A stretch of DNA of 15,874 nt from Zygophlyctis sp. KS116 (taxonomy: Eukaryota; Fungi; Chytridiomycota), in the NCBI GenBank assembly GCA_054661495.1, contig BAAFSQ010000230.1:1-15874 (forward strand). The letters are read 5' to 3'. The notes below the pieces were generated by a model that ran no database searches, was not told the DNA's origin, and worked only from the letters and a program-made list of their open reading frames with translations. The translations under genes and the position numbers were made by a program. Each line of letters begins with the position of its first letter. Position 1 is the stretch's first letter. Shown piece after piece: positions 1 through 10,650 of the stretch.

Positions 1-252
1 AGCATGTGGGCAAACAAATTAGCGTATGGAATTCTAGATGATGTCTGTATCTATTGTGAAAACATTCAACAGACAATATATTTACACCTCCAGATATCTT
101 AAATCACAAGTCAAAGGATAGAAATGAAAGAACGCACAAAGAGCACGCTTGAGCATACTTGTTTTTTAAGTTGATTCCAAATTCTCATTGAAATTGGGCC
201 AATGTAAGACGACAATAAAATCATAAAGTTGAATATATTTTGTATGATAGTC

Positions 253-1714
253 TCATAGAGGAAGAGAGACTGGGCTGTGGTTATTGGGGGTTCTCTGTAT
301 AAATTGATACACCATACTTTTACAATATTTAGATTGATCCATTGCTGCTAAATGTCCGGCATTTCTTAATTCAACAAGTGAGAGATGATTATGAGATGTA
401 ATATATCCTATAATACTTGACCCATCCATCCATGCAACTCGAGAGGAATTTAAGAATTTTGGTAAAAGTGGCCATTTTAAATTGGAAATTAATGAATACT
501 GTCCTAGAATTAAATTTAATATTAATTACCTGGAATTCCATCACGAATATCAAATTGTCCAGCAAAGAGTAATACTGGGATTTCAGATTTTAACAAGAAA
601 TCGATTTTATCTAGACTAGATTTGAAAATGTCTCCATGTAATACTTTTTTTACAATTGGATTTCTAATTGAAAAATTAGAGTCAAGAGGTATATGTAGTG
701 ATTTCTTGGTAGAATCAAGTTGCATAAAATTTTGAATATGTTCCCAAGGATTTTCTACAGATTCTTTTCGAATATCATACCAACTAATTCCACCACTATA
801 CTCGTCTAATTTTTGAAAAAGTAAATTTCTAAAGTCTGCAGCTTCCAAGTATTTTGAGTCTCTTGCAGCATTAATCGCGTCTGAAGCGATTTCTCTCAAG
901 TTACTAGCCTGATTTGGTGAAATTAGACCATATTTCAATGCTTGATCAACAGATGAATGAATCTGAGAAGGAGGATCAATTAATCCATCTCCAATCATTA
1001 CTCCTTTCAAGTTTATAGTCTCTTCTTTTAGAAAGACAGAAGCAATATTAGGCAAATATTTCCCTGCATAAGACTCTCCAGCAAGAAATAAAGGAGACTC
1101 TTTTAATTCTGGAAATTTTAAGAAGAATTCTTGTAGAAATATGAGCATATCTGCAGCTACAGCCTTTTGGTTTACGGGAAATGATTCACAATATTGAGGT
1201 TTGATATCATCATAGACTTTGTTTAAGCAATTATTGAAATTATCATTAAAAGCTCTTGAAAATCCCGTTCCAATTGGATTGTCTACATAAATCACACCAT
1301 ATTTCTCATTCCAGCTGTGCACTCTCCTGTACAATTTCCCATTTTTAATTTCTAAAGGCCCATGTTCAGCAAACAATCCTATTGCCGATGATGATCCTGG
1401 TCCCCCCTGAATCCATAGTATTAGAGGTGTATCAGGGCCACTCTTTATAGCTGGAGGGAAATACCTGATTTATAAATCTAAAAAAGTTACCAAAAAAACA
1501 TATTCTGATCTGTATCATTATGATCAGGCCGATTAATAGGAATCTGTCCTGCATAGCTTTTTAGAGGGACACTGTTTACCAGAAACTCTTCATGATCTAA
1601 TCTGTACCATGATTTCATTGTTAAAACTGGTGCATTCATGATCAAACATAGTAAGCATAGAGCAAAAATCCAGACTTGTCTTTGCGATCGCTTGTAGAGA
1701 GTAAATTTTACCAT
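253..1714 (-). CDS. Serine carboxypeptidase, peptidase family S10 (CPVL/Kex1-like), ~469 aa, 3 exons
   Basis: Exons 1714-1491, 1464-530, 503-253 joined by two 26-nt GT-AG introns. Motifs: MFFWYF, LWIQGGPGSSS, YVDNPIGTGFS, catalytic GESYAG, GQFDIRD, NAGH. N-terminal hydrophobic segment (VWIFALCLLCLIM). An upstream in-frame ATG at 1762 is an alternative start. Confidence 0.93.
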
Positions 1715-1749
1715 TTCAAAGGTGTCAAACCTTGAATATTCTTGTCTAG

Positions 1750-3045
<1,296 letters not shown>

Positions 3046-3091
3046 ATTTCAAAATATATAAAACAATACAATTTATTCAAGGCTCTTTATC

Positions 3092-4204
3092 TTAATCAGT
3101 AGTTCCAGATATGTATTTGCTAAGTCCAGCCATTGATGCATTCCCAGCAAAAGCATTATTCCTAATTATTAAAACATGTAAAAGTACTCTTCAGAGTCAT
3201 CCTGAATTCTATAAATTGTAATTTCTTGCTGTTTAAAATATCTACGATTTTCTTCGTCTACTAAAACTAAATTAAGATAATAACGAGCCGAGAATTTCAT
3301 ATTAACATCTCTAAAAGTTGGAGTTAATTCAAATCCAGAAAGAAACAATCTTATAGGAATAGTTTCACCTAAAATAAGAAAATTAGATTTGTAATACCTT
3401 TTGCAGGCGCACCATCCATAATTTCAAATTTTGTAATTGTTTCTGATTCGTTATACTGATTATTAGACGCCCCAGTTGTTTCTCTTTTTATAATTGATAA
3501 TTCCATATTCCGAACTTTAATTCTAACCAATAAAAAGTAAATTTTCCCAACAATCACATCCCTTAGATGATACTTGCTCTTATTATATTCAAATTCAATA
3601 TGTAAACAATCTTCAATCCCTACTTCCATCTTTATAGAATTATTTATATCTGGAGGCATTTTATAAGAATAAACCCAAATTTCCTTTTCCTTTACTAAAT
3701 CTGACAACCTTTTAGAGAGAGTAACTCTAATAAAATATCTATTGTTTAAATTTCTCTTTAAATACCTTAATTTGGCATTAATCCCATGATAACTTTCAAA
3801 TTGTTTTTCCACATTTTTAAATTCAAAATCCAATGTAACAGTTCCTTTAGCTTCACCTGCTGGCAATAATTCCTGAGCCATTGATAGAAATTCAGAATGA
3901 TTTCCACGATCATAAAACAATTCTAGTAAATTTCAAAACAAGAAAAATACCAATATGCCCAATAAATTCTATCTTAACTCCTTGATGTTCCAACTTTTTG
4001 CCTTCTTTGACTCTAATCTGAACTTTTCCAGCAACCTTTTACTTATAATATTCAAAATACAGATTCCCCGTCCAAATACAATGGAACATTCTCCCTTCTC
4101 TCGACCTTATCAAAAGACATTATTCCAACTTGTTTCCTTTCATCCTGAGAATTCAAAACTATTTCAATGTCTGCAGAAGACGAACCAAGACCGAATATTG
4201 ACAT
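3092..4204 (-). CDS. VPS26: Retromer subunit Vps26, ~325 aa, 6 exons
   Basis: Exons 4204-4061, 4035-3951, 3922-3766, 3738-3398, 3368-3188, 3161-3092 (introns 25, 28, 27, 29, 26 nt). Motifs: [59 protein letters not shown]. Confidence 0.96.
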
Positions 4205-4280
4205 TTTAAGTTTTTACAAAATTTCCAGTTTTGACTTGAATTTTAGTTATGCATAGTCCGAATGACCATGTCTTACTCCA

Positions 4281-4371
4281 TCATTAATCATTAGTTATGC
4301 ATCATTAATCATTAATCATGCATCATGCATCATCAAGCAGTGCGCAGTGAGCAGTGAGCAGTGCGCAGTAA
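4281..4371. repeat. Compound heptamer tandem array, 13 x 7 nt (TCATTAA/TCATGCA-type units then GCAGTGM units)
   Basis: Parses as tcattaa tcattag ttatgca tcattaa tcattaa tcatgca tcatgca tcatcaa gcagtgc gcagtga gcagtga gcagtgc gcagtaa. Lies upstream of VPS26. Confidence 0.9.
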
Positions 4372-4467
4372 ATGCATGTCCGGATCTTGGATCGTTCGTG
4401 TCAACATCAAATATATAGTACAAATATACTGATCGAAAGGATTTATTATAAAAACAACATTATTGAA

Positions 4468-4698
4468 TCAACCACCAGAGACTGGAGGGATAAAAACTAG
4501 TTCGTCCTGCTCAGAAATCTCTCCATCATAAGAAAATGGAATAATATTGCAGTTTAAAGATAATAGACAATTATTCAACTTTAGTTTTGGGTATTTTGTA
4601 TAGAGATGTGATAATAGATCTTGTAATTTAGAAAATTTAAAGATTTCATTAGGGATTCCAGTAATCTCTTTCAATTGTGCAAAGTATAAAACAATCAT
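4468..4698 (-). CDS. MOCS2A: Molybdopterin synthase sulfur carrier subunit (MoaD/MOCS2A, ThiS family), 76 aa, intronless
   Basis: Starts MIVLYFAQLKEITG (VLYFA..E..G signature) at ATG 4698 and ends DELVFIPPVSGG. The PPVSGG terminus is MoaD-type, not URM1-type (TLHGG). Confidence 0.9.
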   Translation of the reverse strand: MIVLYFAQLKEITGIPNEIFKFSKLQDLLSHLYTKYPKLKLNNCLLSLNCNIIPFSYDGEISEQDELVFIPPVSGG

Positions 4699-4770
4699 AT
4701 TATACTTGTAGTAATGATCAGTTGTTGCAAAAGTAGATGCGTTCAACACTAATCCTTGGCCTGATACATT

Positions 4771-6206
4771 ATGAAGAGAGTTGCAAACATACAACTGACA
4801 CAGGAAAATCATTCAGATGAAGGAGAGGCAGAGTCTGGGTCTTTTAAAAGAGCTTCAGAGGACATTATTCAAAAGAGAATGTAGAATTATTAATCTAATT
4901 TAATAGAATTAAACCACTTAAGAAGAAATCAAGTGATTCAAATAGTTTTATTGCTCCATCGACTCCGCTATTCAGCACTTTTACTCCTCCTGTTAATTCT
5001 ACACCTTTGCAACCGATCGCCCCTTCTGCTCCAGTTCAATCTACCAGTGGATTTACTACAAGTGGATCTATAAGTAGATCTACTACAATTGGATCAGATG
5101 AAATGGCTAAAAAAGTCAGAGGTCTAAATACAGATTTTTTAAAATATATTTCAAAATGCGTAAAGGAAGATTGTTTTGCGGATTTATCAATGGTTTGTCA
5201 AGAATATACTCAATATTTATCAAAAATTGAAAAAGAGTATCCTAAAAAGAATGATGGGGAATTAGGGCCTCTGCCAAAAGATAATCAGATTTTACCATTA
5301 ACTATAAATTTTGGAGCTCAGAAAAAACAAGATGGTCCTGTTTTTTCTTTTTCTAAGCCAGTGATTGAAACTCCACAACAATCTTTAAAAGCTATAGAAC
5401 AAAAAGAGGAAAAGCCGGTATTTGGTTTTGGGAAAATGGGAGATACGCCGGCTTTTGGTGTTAAAAGTATGACACCGACAGATTCATCTAGTTTTAAGTT
5501 TGGGAGTAATACAAGCCTGGAAAAAACAGAGTTTAGCTTTGAAAAGGCGAAAGATGGAGATTCTCAAAAGTTTAGTTTTGGTGCAACTGTGCCTTCATTT
5601 AATTTTACTCAAAAATCTAACGGTTTGGATAAACCGTCTTTTGATTTTTCAAAGAATACTACAGAAACAAAATCTCTGTCATTGGCAACTCCATTCAATT
5701 TTCAAATGCCCAAACCCGATCAAAAAGGATCAATGTTTGGCACAATGCCCGCTCCTACTTTTCCTGTCATCAGTGCTCCTACCACGACTGATTCTACTGT
5801 TGTGGAAGATGAAGATAATGATATACAACCAGAAGAACAAGTCGGAGATGCATTAATGGTGGCAAAGGCTGGAGAAGAAGATGAAGTAACATTGTATTCT
5901 GTTAGATCAAAATTAAGAAAGTTTGTGGATAGCAAATGGGAGATTATAGGTCTTGGATTACTTAAAGTAAATCAAAATAAGTCAACCAAAAACTCAAGAA
6001 TAATTCTACGATCTGAATCAGGAAAGGTACTCCTCAACGTGTCGATATTTTCTGGAATGACTATAACTATAAAGGAAAATACTTCTGTTAATTTTGCAGC
6101 GTCCTTATCTCCAGGATCATTGACTACAATATCTGCAAAAGTAAAGGAAAAGAATGATGCAACGGCTTTGCAGGAAGCAATTGAAAGAGCCAAGTTGAAG
6201 ACTTAG
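4771..6206 (+). CDS. NUP2: Nucleoporin Nup2/Nup50-like (NUP50 N-terminal motif, FxFG-type repeats, C-terminal Ran-binding domain), ~469 aa
   Basis: Exon 1 4771-4880 encodes MKRVANIQLTQEN...SFKRASEDIIQKR, followed by a 26-nt intron (4881-4906). Then VRGLNTDF helix, FGFG/FKFG/FSFG repeats and a RanBD (GEEDEVTLYSVRSKL...W...GLGLLKVN...RIILRSESGKVLLN). Confidence 0.88.
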
Positions 6207-6223
6207 GGCCAAAGAATTAATAA

Positions 6224-7496
6224 ATGGAATTTGGATCGCTTTGTGTGCACGCTGGACAAGATCCAGACCCGACTACGGGTGCTGTTATCCCAGCTTTGAG
6301 TTTGTCAACAACTTTTGCTCAGTCGGAAGTTGGAGTTCATAAGGGATTTGAATACGCTAGATCTGGAAATCCAACTAGAGCAGGATTTGAGACTGCGATC
6401 GCTGCAGTGGAAGGAGCCAAATATGGTAAATTACTCATATAAATTATATAATAGGATTGGCATTTTCTTCTGGTAGCGTAACTACAGCGACCGTCGTGAA
6501 TCTACTTCAGAGTGGCTCTCATTTAATCTCTGTCAATGATGTTTATGGCGGGACTTTTAGATATTTTACCAAGGTGGCTGCTGGGCATGGAGTTCAGGTA
6601 AGATCAATATACTCATAGTAGACTGATTTTGTTGATTTGAAAGATCCCAATCATATTAAAAAATACATGAAACCCAACACTAAAATGGTCTGGTTGGAAA
6701 CTCCAAGTATTTAGATTTATTTTTAATTTTATTTTAGCAAATCCTACTCTAAGGTTGGTTGATATTGAAAAAGTTGCAGAGATTGTGCATTCATACCCAG
6801 ACGTGATTTTGGTTGTAGATAACACATTTATGACTCCTTATTTTCAGAATCCCTTAAAATTAGGAGCTGATATTGTAGTTCATTCAGTGACAAAGTTTAT
6901 TAATGGACACTCTGATGTTGTAATGGGGGCTGCAGTAACAAGCTCAAAAGAGATCTATGAAAAATTGAAATTTATGCAGAATTCTTTGGGAGGTGTTCCA
7001 TCACCATTTGATTGTTATTTGGCTCATAGAGGATTAAAAACATTACATCTACGTAAACTTTATATTATTAAATTAAGGGATGAAAAAGCATGAAGAGAAT
7101 GCAATAATATTGGCGAATCATTTGGAATCCTCAAAATATGTGGATTCAGTCATGTATCCTGGTTTGAAATCCCATCCTCAGCATGAATTAGCTGTCCGTC
7201 AGCAAAAAGGTTTTGGTGGTATGATTGCTTTTAGAATCAAAAACGGAACTCTAAAGTCCAGCAACAAATTTTTGTCTTCCTTAAAGGTGTTTGTATTGGC
7301 CGAGTCTCTTGGAGGCGTGGAATCTTTGGCAGAGTTACCCGTGATAATGACTCACGCCGCTGTTGAACCTGAATTAAGAAAAGAATTGGGAATTACAGAC
7401 TCTTTGATTCGTCTCTCGGTGGGAATTGAAGATTCTAAAGACTTGATTAATGATGTTGATCAAGCTCTGGTAGCAGCTACAGGCTTAATAGAATAA
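6224..7496 (+). CDS. CYS3: Cystathionine gamma-lyase, ~387 aa, 5 exons
   Basis: Exons 6224-6425, 6455-6597, 6622-6706, 6738-7052, 7078-7496 (introns 29, 24, 31, 25 nt). Motifs: FEYARSGNPTR, DVYGGT, WLETPTNP, VVDNTF, PLP lysine in HSVTKFINGHSDV, LAESLGGVESL. Confidence 0.95.
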
Positions 7497-7641
7497 TCAA
7501 TTATTCTTGATATATATTTTAAAATTCTGAGAACTGTTTCGACATGTTTGTTTTCCGGAAGTAAAAAATTATAAACATTCTACATAGTAAAATCTAACAG
7601 ATTTTTGTTTATAATAAAGTGCATTTTAACGATATACAACA

Positions 7642-7715
7642 GCTTCTCTAGCTCAGTTGGTTAGAGCGTGGTGCTAATAACGCCAAGGTCACAGGTTCGA
7701 TCCCTGTGAGAAGCA
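7642..7715 (+). tRNA. tRNA-Ile (anticodon AAT), intronless
   Basis: Acceptor stem GCTTCTC/GAGAAGC plus discriminator A; D arm GCTC..GAGC; anticodon arm TGGTG-CTAATAA-CGCCA; T arm ACAGG-TTCGATC-CCTGT. Confidence 0.96.
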
Positions 7716-7720
7716 TTTTT
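7716..7720 (+). terminator. RNA polymerase III oligo-T terminator of tRNA-Ile
   Basis: TTTTT immediately follows the discriminator base. Confidence 0.75.
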
Positions 7721-7975
7721 ACATTTTTGCCATTCAATCATCGTTAATTTTTTTGAGTCTGATTAATACTTTTCTTTTCAAGAAAAATTGACTGAAATTA
7801 TTTTTCTCGAATTTGAATGTGACTCCAAAATCTAATAATTTTAATCTTCCAATTCTTAATCACATGAATCACTCTGTCCGAGTTACAATTAGTTTGATAG
7901 GCGTCGGCGGATTGAGACGCCATTCGATATAACTTACATATTAATTGATCTGTTTATTTCCGATAATTGTTTCCG

Positions 7976-9190
7976 ATGTCATGTTTGCGATCTTTCTGTT
8001 CCTCTGCGATAATTTGTATGACATGATGTTTAATTTTAAGGCGGATTCTGCTCCAATATTCCTCCAAAGAATTTAGCAAAGGGCATCTACGCATTTGGAA
8101 TAATGATTGGAACGGCTCTTGCTATTCTTTTAAAAGTAAATGGTGGCGAATGGGTATATACTAAACTTGATGCATTACCAGATATCTCCCAGGAATGTTG
8201 GGAAATGTTGGCTGTGTATCGAACAGCTTTGAGCCTGATTTTATATCATTTCTTTTTAGCAACGACTTTGATTAAGCTGGGAGACGTTGAAGATGATTTT
8301 AGATGGATGCTACATTTTGATATCTGGCCAATAAAAGCTCTGATATGGATTGGAACGCTTATCGGCATGTTTTGGATTTCGAACGACGCAATGATAAAGT
8401 TTTGGATTCCTTCGTGTAAGAACCGCTTGGAATCATAACTCTACAGTGGTCGGTAGTTCCATTTTCCTCATTTTACAATCTATCATTTTAATTGATTTTA
8501 CAAGGTCATTCTCAGAGGATTGGATTGACAGATTCAATCAATCCCGTAGGATGGGGATTGCAGCGATGATGATATGTCTTACAATTATCGCTTACAGTCT
8601 TTCCATACTGGCTGCGGTTTGGATTTACATGTTTTATTCATCAGTACTATCAATATCTGCTGTTTCGATAAACATTTTTCTTTCAGTAGTTTTCTCTGCA
8701 ATATCGATTAATCATAAAGTGCAGAAAATGAATGCAAAGACTGGAATTCTACCGTCGGCGGTGTTAAGTTTATATAATTGTATGATTTATTCTATTAATT
8801 TTAGCGTATTTGACAAATTCTGCAGTTATCAATGCAACTGCTACCCCATCTTCATCTACAATTCAAATCATTGGTATCATCATCGTTGTTATTTCATTTG
8901 GATATGTTGTCGCGAGTTCTAGTGGCTCACCTAGTCAATTTCATCTGATTACGGCATTGACTTGTTTTTATATGGCTTCTATACTTACCAATTGGAATCC
9001 ACCAGACTATAATGATTTTTCGCTTGATAATGGTGGATTATTCATAGACAAGGGCATTCCAGCTTTTTGGGTAAAGATATCTATAACATGGATCAACTCA
9101 ATCTTATATATTTGGACTCTCTTGGGTAATTCATAATGTCTATAATATCTATTAGCGCCTGTTTTCTTTCCTGATCGAGATTTTTCGTGA
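7976..9190 (+). CDS. Serinc/TMS1-family membrane protein, compact and divergent, ~367 aa, 5 exons
   Basis: Exons 7976-8015, 8041-8415, 8447-8779, 8805-9125, 9156-9190 (introns 25, 31, 25, 30 nt). Cys-rich N-terminus, LAVYR, FLILQSIILIDF, GILPSAV, FHL...LTNW, FWVKI and the hallmark C-terminus WTLLAPVFFPDRDFS. Confidence 0.9.
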
Positions 9191-9211
9191 TTGCCGTTTC
9201 TTCCATGCATG

Positions 9212-10493
9212 TTATTTTTGTTTTTTGCAGCAGTGATTATGCGTTTGACCGTCATAGCCTAATAAGTCTTTGCAGACTAATAGTTAGTTTACTAGATGCA
9301 GGTTATACCGATAACACCTTGTAACCAGTCGGAATTTAGTATCTTATCGGCAGTAGATCGCTTTCTTGGATTAGGTTCAAGAATATTGTATAAAACATCC
9401 TGAGTATTTTCAGGTAAACAATCAATTGCCAAAAATCCGCGTTTCCTATGATTTAAATAAAATAAATAATGTGGATCATCCCTGACTGCATGTTTCCTGC
9501 CAAAAGTTAAAAATCAATTCATACCAAGGTAGACTAGAATGCTTCATTGCTAGATATATGACCCCACAAGCCCAAATATCTACTTCACGCCCATCATACT
9601 CCATTGATTCAAATTCTTCTGGCGCAATATATGGCTCTGACCCGCAAACACCACGTGATAAATGAGGTTGACTATCAAAAACAGTCTTAAAAACATCAGA
9701 TGCACCAAAATCTGAAATTTTCAAGTGACCCAACCCATCAAATAACAAATTTTCTGGTTTTAAATCACGATGTGCGACCCCCATTGAATGTAAATATTCA
9801 ATTCCTTTTAATAATTGTTTAAAACAACAGTTTATATCTTGATCTGTGAGCTTGTAATCCCTTAAAACCCCTAATAATGATCCGCCTAATGTTAATCATA
9901 TCGCGAGTGTACACCACCTGGACTCTAACCCTCTTTAAAGACTTTTAGACCTTTTAGGAGCCAGAGACAGGTAATAGTCTGTACAAGGATAAAATTTTTC
10001 CGTACCGGAACAATACTCCATGACTTCACACCACGTATGATTATCATCGACTACAAGATCAAGAGTTTCAACGACATTTTCATGATGTAAACTAGAAGAA
10101 ATACAAAATTCAGCCGCCATCTTTTTAATATATTCCTTTTCTGACTCTTGTTTTCTCCTTTTCCTAAATTCCTTGACAGCCAGTGTCTTTACAGAATTTG
10201 GATCATTTGAATTCTTCACAGTAACAACCTTTACACAAGAAGTTGCTCCTCGACCAATAATCTTTGAAAAGCAAACCCCATACTTTTCCTTTAAACAGCC
10301 TGAAGGCTCTTTATCTATTTTTTTTTCTTTTTTCTTGAAAATATTTAAAATTCTTTCCTTGAGCTTCCTCTTTGGAACATCTTCATCATCTCCAGACTCT
10401 GACGAGAAGATACTAGCCTTGCTTTTCTCTAGTCCCTTGACCCAGAGCTCTATCGGATTAGATTAAATGATTACCGCACTGAAAAGCAGTCAT
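9212..10493 (-). CDS. Ser/Thr protein kinase of the fungal HAL/NPR family (Hrk1/Rtk1/Oca2-like), ~358 aa, 5 exons
   Basis: Exons 10493-10475, 10449-10006, 9885-9525, 9496-9309, 9276-9212 (introns 25, 120, 28, 32 nt). Motifs: IGRGATSCV, AVKEFRKR, EFCISSSLHHENVVETLDL, WCEVMEYCSGGSL, AHRDLKPEN, KISDFG, GVCGSEPYIAPEE, DIWACG. The terminal exons are less certain than the core. Confidence 0.92.
9908..9985 (-). promoter_or_regulatory. 78-nt intronic RNA hairpin in kinase intron 2, enclosing a candidate poison exon (9978-9913)
   Basis: Sense-strand helices UGUAC/GUACA, AUUACCUG/CAGGUGGU, CUCUGGCUC/GGGUUAGAG, CU/AG and AAAGGU/GUCUUU, about 30 bp including 7 G-U pairs (folded by hand). Confidence 0.7.
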
Positions 10494-10500
10494 AAAACAA

Positions 10501-10528
10501 CGCCAGCCGCCACACGCCACACGCCATT
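10501..10528. repeat. Heptamer tandem array (CGCCANN x4) in the kinase/RPP0 divergent promoter
   Basis: cgccagc cgccaca cgccaca cgccatt, a GC-rich island in AT-rich DNA. Confidence 0.75.
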
Positions 10529-10650
10529 GAAAATCCTTTTTCTGCCCTGACTAAAAACCTCTGTAGTCCCTAGTTCCCCTGCGGATTAAAGACTCTAGTG
10601 GCGTAGTTTTTTTCGTCTTTAAATCAAAAGTGTACCTTGCATTAAAGAAA

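Noticed and set aside
1-250. Possible partial gene at the left edge
   Set aside because: Short open frames exist on both strands, but no recognisable motif fixes strand or frame.
4281-4371. Heptamer array as a CRISPR array or telomeric repeat
   Set aside because: No spacers, eukaryotic context, and the units are not G-rich telomere-like.
4468-7715. MOCS2A + CYS3 + tRNA as a sulfur-relay or tRNA-thiolation cluster
   Set aside because: The carrier is MoaD-type rather than Urm1, tRNA-Ile(AAT) is not a U34-thiolation substrate, and an unrelated nucleoporin gene intervenes.
9905-9985. Kinase-intron hairpin as a single-hairpin H/ACA RNA, SECIS element or TPP riboswitch
   Set aside because: There is no open pocket 14-15 nt from the ACA, no AUGA/GA quartet, and no TPP core (CUGAGA, CCUGA-type motifs).
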